Below are positions 23,059 through 32,486 of a stretch of DNA of 51,194 bases, one piece after another. The DNA is taken from the IMG/VR virus record IMGVR_UViG_3300034122_001045. One strand, written 5' to 3'. This stretch comes from a virus (lineage: Duplodnaviria; Heunggongvirae; Uroviricota; Caudoviricetes). Within the stretch, counting starts at the first letter, position 1; the number at the start of each line of letters is the position of its first letter. The position numbers and the translations under genes are program-made. The notes under the pieces were generated by a model, which saw only the letters and a program-made list of their open reading frames with translations, ran no database searches and was not told the origin of the DNA.

Positions 23059-23230
23059 GGGGCTGACTAGGGATCGACAGGTGTTGAAAGCAAGTGGAGA
23101 TTACCGTGTTGGCCTACGTTATTCAGCCAAAATTACAACTGCAAACACAAACGCAGCTCCTGTAGCTTACGCTCTCGCAGCATAATCTACTTGGGTGGGT
23201 CACCGACCTCGAAACAGAACTGGTGACACT
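23059..23230 (+). ncRNA. ssrA: Two-piece tmRNA, coding piece (3' end approximate); tag (A)ANTNAAPVAYALAA at 23141-23185
   Basis: GGGGCTG pairs with CAGCTCC (G3-U70); GGATCGAC; AAAATTACAACT-GCA resume context; tag ends LAA. Confidence 0.9.
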
Positions 23231-23258
23231 CACACCAACCAACTCAAAGGAATACAAA

Positions 23259-23648
23259 ATGAAAAAGTTTCTTCTTGCAACTGCAGCTGTTCTCTCGATG
23301 ACTTCTGTAGCTTCCGCCATGGATTTCGGCAATGGTCTCGCTCTTGACACTGAACTTGTTACTGAATATAACACCGACACCACCGTCTTCACTTCTGTTC
23401 TAACTCCACGTCTTGCTTATGCACCTATCGAAGGTCTTGGCATCTGGGCTGAAACCGATCTTGCTATCTATGATGGCGACGACTTCATTCAGTTCAATAG
23501 CTCCGCATTTGAAGGTGCAGTTCTTGGTGCAACCTACGTCCCAAGCATTAACCTTGGTAAAGTAAGCGCAGAAGCATACCTCGAGAATAACTTCGATGGC
23601 AGCTTCGAGTACATTGACAGCGTCGTCGGCGTTTCTCTTAGCTTCTAA
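23259..23648 (+). CDS. Small outer-membrane beta-barrel protein
   Basis: Signal peptide MKKFLLATAAVLSMTSVASA; alternating beta pattern; C-terminal VGVSLSF. Confidence 0.7.
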   Translation: MKKFLLATAAVLSMTSVASAMDFGNGLALDTELVTEYNTDTTVFTSVLTPRLAYAPIEGLGIWAETDLAIYDGDDFIQFNSSAFEGAVLGATYVPSINLGKVSAEAYLENNFDGSFEYIDSVVGVSLSF

Positions 23649-23673
23649 TCCAAAAGAATTATAGCAAAAAGTA

Positions 23674-23702
23674 AAAAGGAGGGTTTCGCGCCCTCCTTTT
23701 TT
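23674..23702 (+). terminator. Rho-independent terminator
   Basis: AAAAGGAGGG-tttcgcg-CCCTCCTTTT. Confidence 0.9.
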
Positions 23703-23710
23703 TATAAATA
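23703..23710 (+). promoter_or_regulatory. T4-type late promoter
   Basis: TATAAATA heading the curli/cyclase block. Confidence 0.7.
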
Positions 23711-23730
23711 CTGACGAGGAGGATCCCTAA

Positions 23731-24009
23731 TTGGATTTTTTAAGTTTAGTATCAGACGTAGGGTTTCCAATTGCAGCTTCTTTAGCAGGAGGCTTCTTTG
23801 TGTTCCTCACGCTACGATTTATACTTGCTGGAGTTCTAGATAGTATAAAGACACAACGCGGGTTTGTTATGGCTTTGGACAATAGAGTAAAGACCATGAA
23901 CAATGAACTCGTTCGTATCGATGTTCAAATGTGTAATGCCTTTGGTGTAAAGCCAGATTTAGACAGAATTGCAAGAGCCGACGGGCAAAAAGACGCAAGA
24001 AAAGACTAA
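23731..24009 (+). CDS. Single-TM coiled-coil membrane protein
   Basis: VGFPIAA TM helix, then a heptad pattern; TTG start with GGAGGA RBS. Confidence 0.7.
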   Translation: MDFLSLVSDVGFPIAASLAGGFFVFLTLRFILAGVLDSIKTQRGFVMALDNRVKTMNNELVRIDVQMCNAFGVKPDLDRIARADGQKDARKD

Positions 24010-24026
24010 AGAGAGCGGATTAGAAT

Positions 24027-24323
24027 TTGGATATCGCAGCAGCAATAAGTCAGTATGGTTTTCCCATCATAGCCGCCTTCGGCTTAGGCTATTTCATTTA
24101 TTATATTTGGACGTGGGTGACCGAAGAGGTAGATCCAGTTGTCGGTGAATCCCATATGACTCTCATCGCTCTTATTGATAGAATAAGAATGTTAGACAAT
24201 GATCTGATAAGATTGAGAACGAAGCTTGACATGATTCTTGAGAGACAAGAAGAACTCAGAATTTCCAAAGATACGATAGAAGTTCTACCTGAAAAAGAAA
24301 CTCCTAAGTTAGAAAAGAAATAA
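24027..24323 (+). CDS. Single-TM coiled-coil membrane protein (paralog of 23731)
   Basis: YGFPIIAA TM helix; RIRMLDNDLIRL vs RVKTMNNELVRI. Confidence 0.7.
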   Translation: MDIAAAISQYGFPIIAAFGLGYFIYYIWTWVTEEVDPVVGESHMTLIALIDRIRMLDNDLIRLRTKLDMILERQEELRISKDTIEVLPEKETPKLEKK

Positions 24324-24384
24324 CAACCATCGACTCTTTATAATGCCATTCTTGATTTTGTTATGATAACAGAGGAAAGAAAGC

Positions 24385-24840
24385 ATGATAAAGAGACTGC
24401 TTATAACATCTTTATGTTTAAGTACGCCTGCATACGCTGAAGTTTTTGAATTCAATAGCCCAGCGTTTAGCGGAAACGGATATAGTACACACGTACTTAC
24501 AATTCATCAGTTAGAGCAACAAAGAAAAGACAAGATAATCGCTGATGAACTCGCTGCTATCGAGCGCGCTGAGCGCGAGTATCGCAATAGCAACGTCTAC
24601 AAATTTCAAAACAACCTTGAATCAAGAATATACGCACAGCTCTCGCGTCAGATAGCGGATAACCTATTTGGCGAAGGCGGTGGTGCTGTCGTTGGAGAAT
24701 GGACAGAAGTCGAGACACCATTTGGTGACAGAATAAAGTGGATGCGTGGAACAGACGATAGAATATACATAGAAGTCTACGACTCAAACGGAGACTTAGC
24801 ATCCAGCTTTGATGTACCAGTAGGGGAGTTTGCATTCTAA
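24385..24840 (+). CDS. csgF: Curli assembly protein CsgF-like
   Basis: Signal peptide; FEFNSPAFSGNG N-terminus; FQNNLESRIYAQLSRQI; upstream of csgG. Confidence 0.7.
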   Translation: MIKRLLITSLCLSTPAYAEVFEFNSPAFSGNGYSTHVLTIHQLEQQRKDKIIADELAAIERAEREYRNSNVYKFQNNLESRIYAQLSRQIADNLFGEGGGAVVGEWTEVETPFGDRIKWMRGTDDRIYIEVYDSNGDLASSFDVPVGEFAF

Positions 24841-25613
24841 TGAAAAAGATAGTATTATCACTCTTATTCGCAGGTCTCGTTGCTGGCTGCTCTACCACAG
24901 TGAATCGAATACCAATTGAATCACCAAAGGCCGTCGTGACAGAGAAAGATTTCATTAATCTTCCGCCACCAGCACAGGGTGCGATGGTCGTTGCGGTGTA
25001 TTCGTTCGAAGATAAGACAGGTCAGAGACTACCGAGCGAAAAACTTGCTAACATCTCGACTGCAGTTACACAGGGTGCAGAACAATACGTGATCAAAGCA
25101 TTGCGTGATGCTGGAAACGGAACTTGGTTCCGAGTTGTAGAACGTGTAGGGTTAGAGAACCTAGCACGCGAACGTCAGATTATACGTCAGACGAGAGAAG
25201 AAGTTGGTGACGAAACTCCTTTATCACCTATGCTATTCGCAGGAGTAATCGTTGAGGGAGCAATCGTTGGCTACGATTCAAATACATTAACCGGTGGCGC
25301 AGGTGCAAGATACCTTGGCATAGGACCTAGCACTCGTTACACTGAAGATGTGATCACTGTCTCAATGCGAGCTGTTTCTGTAAAATCTGGTGAAGTTTTA
25401 ACAAGTACAGCAGTATCAAAAACCGTATTAAGTACAAGTACAAATTTAGGTGTTTTCAAGTTTATAGAGGCAGGTACTGAGAACGTCGAACTTGAAATTG
25501 GTAATTCACAGAACGAACCTGTGAACCATGCAGTAAGACTCGCGATTCAGGCCGCAGTTGTTGAAATGATCAAAGAAGGTGCCGAGAACGGCTACTGGGC
25601 TTTCAAACAATAA
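24840..25613 (+). CDS. csgG: Curli secretion channel CsgG-like lipoprotein
   Basis: Lipobox VAGC; VAVYSFEDKTGQ; WFRVVER.GL.NL.RERQIIR; EGAIVGYDSN. Confidence 0.9.
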   Translation: MKKIVLSLLFAGLVAGCSTTVNRIPIESPKAVVTEKDFINLPPPAQGAMVVAVYSFEDKTGQRLPSEKLANISTAVTQGAEQYVIKALRDAGNGTWFRVVERVGLENLARERQIIRQTREEVGDETPLSPMLFAGVIVEGAIVGYDSNTLTGGAGARYLGIGPSTRYTEDVITVSMRAVSVKSGEVLTSTAVSKTVLSTSTNLGVFKFIEAGTENVELEIGNSQNEPVNHAVRLAIQAAVVEMIKEGAENGYWAFKQ

Positions 25614-25631
25614 CAAAAGGAAATAACTCAA

Positions 25632-26249
25632 ATGAAAAACCTATTATTAACTTCTGCTCTTATGATAGGAATCGCGGTTCCATCATTCGCAAGCGAAGTT
25701 TATATCGACCAGGCTGGAAATAGTACTAACGTAAACGTACTTCAGCAAAATGGAAACAACAGAATCAACACCGATGCGGCTCCTATGATCGTGAACGGTA
25801 ACGACATCAACGTCGAGATTGTTCAAGATGGTGACGGAAACATTGCTGACATCTTTATTCAAGTAAGTGCTAACGACACGAACTATGAATATCGTGTTGA
25901 AGGTGATCTAAACGAAGTGCTTTCAAATATCAGTGGCGGAGTCGACAATAATTTCGTCGCAGCCGTCATAGGTAACGATAACGTGATCACTCTATGTAAA
26001 GATTACATTAACGGTAACTGCAGCGGTATTCAAGTCAACCTCACAGATACTACACTCAATCTTACTGGTAATAATAACGAAATCAACTTTGCATTGAATG
26101 CTCCTGATGCAACCAACGTGTTCAACGTCGGCCAGACAACACCAAGTGATTTCAACGTGATTAATCTTACTCAGACTACATCTACAGGACATATCGTAAA
26201 TGTTGACATAGATGGAGATACTAACACCGTGGATATCGTTCAGCACTAA
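25632..26249 (+). CDS. Exported curlin-like repeat protein
   Basis: Signal peptide; repeats of the type IDQAGN, QQNGNN, IVQDGDGN. Confidence 0.7.
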   Translation: MKNLLLTSALMIGIAVPSFASEVYIDQAGNSTNVNVLQQNGNNRINTDAAPMIVNGNDINVEIVQDGDGNIADIFIQVSANDTNYEYRVEGDLNEVLSNISGGVDNNFVAAVIGNDNVITLCKDYINGNCSGIQVNLTDTTLNLTGNNNEINFALNAPDATNVFNVGQTTPSDFNVINLTQTTSTGHIVNVDIDGDTNTVDIVQH

Positions 26250-26250
26250 T

Positions 26251-27348
26251 ATGTGGAGAATCTTATTCATCGTAATGATGATCATTCCCAACTTCGCGAT
26301 TGCCGAAGTTGGGACCGTGACTGATTTCAAAGGAAATGCAGCTGAAGCCAGAAGAGACAGTGATAAACTCACTGTTGAGATGGGCTTTGGTGTTGAAATG
26401 TTAGATCAATTAATTACTGCTAATACTCGGCTCGGCCTAACATTTGAAGATGGCACGCGAGTTGAAATTACAGAGCAGAGTGAGCTAGTGATTGATGATT
26501 TTGTGTACGATCCAAACACGAGCGCTGGTAAGATGTCGATGGAGGTTGCTCTTGGAACAGTTCAGATGACATCTGGTCTGCTAGCCAAAACTAGCAGAGA
26601 GAACGTCGACATCCGCACGCCAACGGCAAGCATTACGGTCAGAGGAACAGACTTCTCTATGACGGTTGACGAGCTTGGTCGCAGTCTAATCATTCTCCTA
26701 CCTAGCTGCCCAGACGAAACTCTCAATGAAGACGAATGCCCAGTCGGATCCATCTCAGTGAGTACTGATGGCGGAACCGTGATGCTAAATGAATCTTATC
26801 AAGCAACTATGGTGTCTCACAGCGGGCTATCTCCGGCGGATCCTCGTAAACTTCTTTTAGATCAATCAAACATCAATAACAATCTTATCATAGTTCCTCC
26901 ATCAGAATTTCCAGGCGGATTTTCTAACGATGAAGAAGAGGAAGAGATACGAACCGAACTTGATGTTGATCTCTTAGAGAATGAAGAACTCTCTGAAGAC
27001 TTGCTTGCTGAAGATGAAGAATTAACGACCAACTCGCTTGACGTAAACAGAGTGAATAACACTTATTTGGATAATCTTCTAGAAATCAACGTGGCATCTC
27101 TTGAGAGTATGCTAGAAGAGGAAGAAAGCGAAGTACTACCTAACATTAAGAACTTTCCATGGATACGCGCAGTCGTGAATGAAGAGTTCATGTTATTAGA
27201 TTCTGATCGTTCACCGCATATATCAATGCTGACAACAAGTTTAGATACGAACGGAACGTATAACGTAACTCAGGATGGAGTATTTGCGGTTGTACAAATA
27301 AACGATGGAGGAACGAATGTTTCTATCACTACTATCCAGACTCAGTAG
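26251..27348 (+). CDS. FecR-domain protein with acidic linker
   Basis: LTFEDGT.VEITEQSEL, IRTPTASITVRGTDF, G.I.VS; signal peptide. Confidence 0.85.
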   Translation: MWRILFIVMMIIPNFAIAEVGTVTDFKGNAAEARRDSDKLTVEMGFGVEMLDQLITANTRLGLTFEDGTRVEITEQSELVIDDFVYDPNTSAGKMSMEVALGTVQMTSGLLAKTSRENVDIRTPTASITVRGTDFSMTVDELGRSLIILLPSCPDETLNEDECPVGSISVSTDGGTVMLNESYQATMVSHSGLSPADPRKLLLDQSNINNNLIIVPPSEFPGGFSNDEEEEEIRTELDVDLLENEELSEDLLAEDEELTTNSLDVNRVNNTYLDNLLEINVASLESMLEEEESEVLPNIKNFPWIRAVVNEEFMLLDSDRSPHISMLTTSLDTNGTYNVTQDGVFAVVQINDGGTNVSITTIQTQ

Positions 27349-28999
27349 CGCGATACTCGTTTACCTTATGTTCGTTAGTATTGCCGCTGCGGCTATCACT
27401 GACTTAAAGCTCAGCACTGCGCAGATATTCGACGTGCAGTGGTATATTTCCGGCGGAACACTGCATGCGAGCGGATTTAACTATATCTTTGCGAGCGTGA
27501 ACTATGCTACTCAGACTAATTCGGCTGCTAGATGGACAGCTGCACAAACTGCAGACGCAAACAGTAATGGCAGATACATTGGGTTCTTTAATAGTACAAC
27601 CAATCCTGGCACCTACGGTATGGCCGTGTTCAATAGCGACGGCACAAGATACAAAATAATTAACAACACAGGCTCGTTTCGAGCATTAGCCAACGGAGCG
27701 ATCTTCTATAACGGCAACGGTATGTGGGGAACTCTCATCACTACCGGTCAAGGATATAGTCTTGGTCAAAGCGGTTCGTGGTCTGTCACTCAAGATAACC
27801 CAACGAATAGTCAACTTCAAGCGTATGTTCCACCAAGCTCAACGCCGTTGGCTGCGGGACAGACTGCGCCACCACCTGCTGTCGCAACTCCAATCTATAA
27901 TAACAGCTCGAATGTTAACATAACCAATCACTATCCTACGAGTAATAACAGCCCATCGGGTGAAGGTGCTTCGCAAGCGTTTGATAATAATCCAAACACA
28001 AAGTATCTAAACTTTGATAAGAAAAACGCTGGTGTTACTATTAAACTAAACGCTGGGCGAGTGGTAAACGAGTTTACACTTACCACTGCGAATGACTTCT
28101 CAGGAAGAGACCCGACGAGTTATAAGCTATACGCAAGTAACGACGGTGTAAACTGGACGTTGATTCAAGAAGGTGCTTTATCACTTAGTAACGATAGATT
28201 CTGGACCAGTCCTAAAATTCCAGTCACAAACAGCAATGCGTATGTCTACTATTACATATTCTTTCCCACGACTAAATCCGGAGACGGCTGTGGTTTGAAC
28301 TGTGACAGTATGCAGATTGCAGAAATTACATTCTACTACAATTCAGGCAACACAACAACATCAACGGCGACTGGTTCAGGATCTGTATCAAACCCAGGAT
28401 CTGCTCCAACCCCGGTTTACTCGTCAGGTATCAATCCTTCACAGGCGATGAGAAGAGCGGCCAACCTTGCTTTGACGAACGGTCATAATGCAAATGTAAA
28501 TATTGTTGGAAACGACAATGATGTTCAGATCCAACAGATTGGTGGAAGCCATTATGCTATCTTAAATATCGATGGTGATAACAATAGCACAGATATTTTA
28601 CAGACAACAACTACATCATCTAGACACTATCTAGAGGCTGACATCATCGGCAATGGAAACAGCCTAATACTACAGCAAAGAGAAACTGGAAAAAACATGT
28701 TCTTAAACGTTAACGGAAACAGCAATGATCTGTCCGTGAACCAAAAAGGAACTGGGAACCATTATTTAAATCTAACGTTAATTGGGAACGATCATAATGC
28801 TAGCGTAATTCAGGATGGAAGCGGCAGTCATGCTGCGACTGTTCAGTTAGAGAACGGTGGCGGAGCATGGAATTTTATTCTAAACCAGTCCGGATCAACT
28901 TCTAAGACATACAGTTTGCCACATAGTATGAGCGATGGAAGTACTGTATCCGGAGTATGTAATGTTTCTGCGGGGTGTAACTTAACAGTGAATCAGTAG
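27317..28999 (+). CDS. Exported protein: carbohydrate-binding (F5/8C-like) module plus C-terminal curlin repeats
   Basis: AFDNNPNTKYL, TTAND..RDP.SYKLYASNDG.NW, MQIAE; C-terminal QIGG/QKGTGN/QDGSG repeats. Confidence 0.7.
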   Translation: MFLSLLSRLSSAILVYLMFVSIAAAAITDLKLSTAQIFDVQWYISGGTLHASGFNYIFASVNYATQTNSAARWTAAQTADANSNGRYIGFFNSTTNPGTYGMAVFNSDGTRYKIINNTGSFRALANGAIFYNGNGMWGTLITTGQGYSLGQSGSWSVTQDNPTNSQLQAYVPPSSTPLAAGQTAPPPAVATPIYNNSSNVNITNHYPTSNNSPSGEGASQAFDNNPNTKYLNFDKKNAGVTIKLNAGRVVNEFTLTTANDFSGRDPTSYKLYASNDGVNWTLIQEGALSLSNDRFWTSPKIPVTNSNAYVYYYIFFPTTKSGDGCGLNCDSMQIAEITFYYNSGNTTTSTATGSGSVSNPGSAPTPVYSSGINPSQAMRRAANLALTNGHNANVNIVGNDNDVQIQQIGGSHYAILNIDGDNNSTDILQTTTTSSRHYLEADIIGNGNSLILQQRETGKNMFLNVNGNSNDLSVNQKGTGNHYLNLTLIGNDHNASVIQDGSGSHAATVQLENGGGAWNFILNQSGSTSKTYSLPHSMSDGSTVSGVCNVSAGCNLTVNQ

Positions 29000-29012
29000 C
29001 GAGGAAATTAAA

Positions 29013-29351
29013 ATGGATTTAATATACGGAATAGCATTGAGTTTTCATTTAGACTTTGAACAACATTACAATAGCATTCATCCTCATATCCGTTTACAAG
29101 ACGATAGTTTTATCGCCGGCGCTTATTATAACAGCGAAGATGCTTTAAGCGCGTACGCCGGTGTTCAAATAACACGATCCAAGTGGAACCATGAATTTGG
29201 CGTAGTGTCTGGATACGGCAATTACGAAGTGCTTCCTTTTATCAGAACAACATACGATTTTAATGATAATGTAATAGGTTACATCACACCAGGATTTGAA
29301 AACAATAATGTTGGCATCGTCTTTGGTATAGAATTACAGAACTCTAAGTAG
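29013..29351 (+). CDS. Hypothetical protein (beta-rich)
   Basis: GAGG RBS; HPHIR..AGAYYNS..GVVSGY. Confidence 0.65.
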   Translation: MDLIYGIALSFHLDFEQHYNSIHPHIRLQDDSFIAGAYYNSEDALSAYAGVQITRSKWNHEFGVVSGYGNYEVLPFIRTTYDFNDNVIGYITPGFENNNVGIVFGIELQNSK

Positions 29352-29392
29352 AATAAGATATATAGATTAATAGTTAGTCAAAAGGTTTACAG

Positions 29393-29572
29393 ATGGATAT
29401 ATCGAAACAAGTAAACGAACTTCGTATGAGAATTGCAGAAGAAAAAAGAAAGTGGGGATTTGATGAAGAGACCCCTTCGATAAAAAGAGAGCCATCTAAG
29501 AAAGTTATTAAAGATACGCCAAATGAGTCGGATGATTTAAAGGCAAAGCTGCTTGGATTAAAGAAGCGATAG
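29393..29572 (+). CDS. Small charged protein (59 aa)
   Basis: AAGG RBS; MDISKQVNELRMRIAEEKRKWGF. Confidence 0.5.
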   Translation: MDISKQVNELRMRIAEEKRKWGFDEETPSIKREPSKKVIKDTPNESDDLKAKLLGLKKR

Positions 29573-29600
29573 CGAATGAAATTTTAAGAAAGAAACGAAA

Positions 29601-31646
29601 ATGATGAAGAAGATATTGTTATCACCTATTTGGAGTCTATTAGTACTCGGATTATTGTGTATGCTGTTTGTAAGTAACCCCGGTTTCTTAGAAAGCATAA
29701 AGCTTAGATATTTTGACCAATTGATAGTGAATCAAGAACCGGTTCAAAACAATATCTACACTGTGAATATTGATGAAGCTGCGATCGAAGAAAAGGGTCA
29801 GTGGCCATGGCCTCGAGGAGAATATGCAGCATTAATCGAAGATCTATATGCTAGGAATGCAGGACTCGTCGTGTTCGGCGTCCTGATGAGCGAGAAGGAT
29901 CGCTTCGGTGAAGACTATAAGTTGACTGAGACTCTACAAAAGAACCCAGTCGTTCTTAATACAGTCGGCGGTGATCGAACCGTGAACGAACCGATCAATC
30001 CTGGTGCAGCAATCATTAACTCTGAGTATCAGGATCTCATTCTTTCGTATCCTGGCGTCATTGCAAACATTCCTGAGCTTGAGAAGTTTGCTATTGGATC
30101 CGGTATCGTTAATACACTTCCTGAACCCGATGGTGTCACAAGACGTGTTCCACTCGTTATTGAGTCTGAAGGTGTTTTGTATCCAAACTTAACACTCGAG
30201 GTTCTTCGAGTTCTTGCTGGTGATCCAAGCTTTCAGATACGTCTTTCGCCACTTGGAGTTGATAAGTTAAGAGTTCCACAGTTTGGTCCTATCTCAACGG
30301 ACGAACTTGCGAGAGTATGGATCGACTGGAGTCAAAAGTCAATATCAGTAAGTGCGACAGATCTTCCTGAAGACTTCGGTGGTGCGGTGGTGTTTGTAGC
30401 TCCTACGGCTGCAGGTATCAATAACCCGATAGCGACTGCAGCTGGTCAAGTATGGCCGCACGATCTTCAAGCTGCTCTATTGGGAACTGTATTCAACGGT
30501 ACGAATATTGAGAGACCGGCTTGGGCACCAGGTATGGAACTCATCGCATTCAGTATCGCAGGTTTACTTCTGATAGCATTAGCGAGATGGACCTACGTCG
30601 GTCTAGCATTCTTTGCGGTAGTTGTCGTAGCAAGCATTGCATCAAGTATGTATGCGTTCGCTGAATATAAGATGCTTATCGACGGCGTTATAATTCCAGC
30701 CGGATTACTGCTCGTTGGTCTAATTCGTTATGCTGTAAAGTTCATAGACGAATTCCTACAGAAGCAAGCGATTAAGAAACAGTTCGGAGGATATGCTTCA
30801 CCTGAGGTTGTTGAGATCCTACAGAAGAATCCAGATTTAATTAAAAAAGGCGTTAAGAAAGAAGTTAGTATTCTATTCTCTGATCTTCGTGGCTTTACTC
30901 CTTTAGGCGAAAGTTTTGGTGATGATGTTGCTGGTCTTACAAAGGTAATGAATGGATACATGGATGCAATTACACAGCCAGTTCTTGACTCTAGTGGTAT
31001 GATTATTAAGTACATTGGTGACGCGTCAATGCACATACATAACGCTCCTATCGACGATCCGCATCATCCTAAAACCGCTGTCCAGTGTGGATTGGACATG
31101 CTTAAGGCCGTAGAAAAATTTAATAAAGATGTTATCATACCTCAAGGTCGCCCACCCGTAGGCATGGGTGCCGGCATTAATACCGGTCTTGGTTATATTG
31201 GGGAAATGGGCTCAACTAAACGCCACAGCTATGACGTGTTAGGTGACAGCGTATCAACCGCTGCTCGCATTGAAAGCAAATGTAAAGAATACGGCTGCTT
31301 GCTATTAGTTGGTGGTGCAACCGTTGAACATTGTAAAGATGACTTCTTTTTCCTTAAGATAGATGATCTAGCAGTAAAAGGTAAAACTGTAGGTATTTCA
31401 ATTTACACGGTACTAGATGATGTTCAGCCGAGTTATATTAGCAACAAAAAAATTCACGATGCGATGCATGAACTGTATCTAAGACAAAAGTTTAGCGAAG
31501 CTATTGAACTTTGCCAAAGCCTTAGACACTGTTTCGATGGAAAAATGGATAAGTATTATGATATGTGGATCGAGCGTTGCGAATATATGAAAACTCAAAA
31601 ACTTCCAAAAGATTGGAACGGAGTATTCATAGCAACTTCAAAATGA
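29601..31646 (+). CDS. CHASE2-domain class III adenylate cyclase
   Basis: N-terminal TM, CHASE2 (VNIDE, GQWPWPRG, DGVTRRVPL), 3 TM, cyclase ILFSDLRGFT, KYIGDA, YDVLGD..AAR.E. Confidence 0.92.
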   Translation: MMKKILLSPIWSLLVLGLLCMLFVSNPGFLESIKLRYFDQLIVNQEPVQNNIYTVNIDEAAIEEKGQWPWPRGEYAALIEDLYARNAGLVVFGVLMSEKDRFGEDYKLTETLQKNPVVLNTVGGDRTVNEPINPGAAIINSEYQDLILSYPGVIANIPELEKFAIGSGIVNTLPEPDGVTRRVPLVIESEGVLYPNLTLEVLRVLAGDPSFQIRLSPLGVDKLRVPQFGPISTDELARVWIDWSQKSISVSATDLPEDFGGAVVFVAPTAAGINNPIATAAGQVWPHDLQAALLGTVFNGTNIERPAWAPGMELIAFSIAGLLLIALARWTYVGLAFFAVVVVASIASSMYAFAEYKMLIDGVIIPAGLLLVGLIRYAVKFIDEFLQKQAIKKQFGGYASPEVVEILQKNPDLIKKGVKKEVSILFSDLRGFTPLGESFGDDVAGLTKVMNGYMDAITQPVLDSSGMIIKYIGDASMHIHNAPIDDPHHPKTAVQCGLDMLKAVEKFNKDVIIPQGRPPVGMGAGINTGLGYIGEMGSTKRHSYDVLGDSVSTAARIESKCKEYGCLLLVGGATVEHCKDDFFFLKIDDLAVKGKTVGISIYTVLDDVQPSYISNKKIHDAMHELYLRQKFSEAIELCQSLRHCFDGKMDKYYDMWIERCEYMKTQKLPKDWNGVFIATSK

Positions 31647-31683
31647 TGATAAATATTATATCACACCACAAAGGATTTCAAAA

Positions 31684-31896
31684 ATGCTAAACGTAAATTA
31701 CTTTATAGACTTCGTTCAAGAAACAAAGAGACAGTTCGTAAGATCAACTGTCTCTGATGAAAAAATCAAGGCTGGGCTGCTGAATTTTATTGACAAACAG
31801 ACAGAACTGAGTAAAATAGTAACTAAGAACTTTGAAGAATTCAGTAAGATTGGTATTGATGCAATAACGAGTAAAGGAAATATTTGTAAGCCATGA
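31684..31896 (+). CDS. Hypothetical helical protein
   Basis: AAGGA RBS; coupled to the heme oxygenase gene. Confidence 0.6.
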   Translation: MLNVNYFIDFVQETKRQFVRSTVSDEKIKAGLLNFIDKQTELSKIVTKNFEEFSKIGIDAITSKGNICKP

Positions 31897-32486
31897 ACAA
31901 TTTGAGAGAGCTCACGAAAGAAGAGCACAGAAGAGCAGAACGAACTGCTTTTATGAATAGAATGTTAAAGAAAAAACTTACACCTTATCAGTATTACACG
32001 TACTTGAAGAATCAGTTACTTATGTACGTTACTCTAGAGTATTATGCGACAGAAGTAGGAATCTTCGGAGAGGATATCTTCGGCATATTAAGGTCGGCTG
32101 CTATCCTCGAAGATATTACGATCATGGAGTCAGAGTCCGAGATCTCGTTAAAAACTGCCCCTACTCTACCCGCCGCAACTGCTTATGTAGAATACATTCA
32201 TAAGATTAAAGAAGATAAAGACAAGCTTCTTGCACATATGTATGTTAGACACATGGGAGACCTTTCCGGTGGCCAGATGATAAAGAAGCTAGTACCAGGA
32301 CCAACTAACTTCTACGAGTTCGAAAGAGATGTCGATGAATTAAAGACTCTTATTCGAAACAATCTACACGACGGTTTAGAGAAAGAAGCTAAAGTATGCT
32401 TTAGCATGGTTCAGAAATTTCTAGAAGAATTGGAGGATTACTTTGGAGGTATGGACCCCGCTGATTCAACTGTCAAAGAAGATTGA
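31893..32486 (+). CDS. hemO: Heme oxygenase
   Basis: LRELTKEEHRRAE; AHMYVRHMGDLSGGQMIKK. Confidence 0.9.
   Translation: MNNLRELTKEEHRRAERTAFMNRMLKKKLTPYQYYTYLKNQLLMYVTLEYYATEVGIFGEDIFGILRSAAILEDITIMESESEISLKTAPTLPAATAYVEYIHKIKEDKDKLLAHMYVRHMGDLSGGQMIKKLVPGPTNFYEFERDVDELKTLIRNNLHDGLEKEAKVCFSMVQKFLEELEDYFGGMDPADSTVKED

Noticed and set aside
29601-31646. Cyclase as a Pycsar/CBASS-type defence component
   Set aside because: The CHASE2 plus TM architecture and adenine-specifying residues match sensory adenylate cyclases, and no cyclic-nucleotide effector gene is adjacent.
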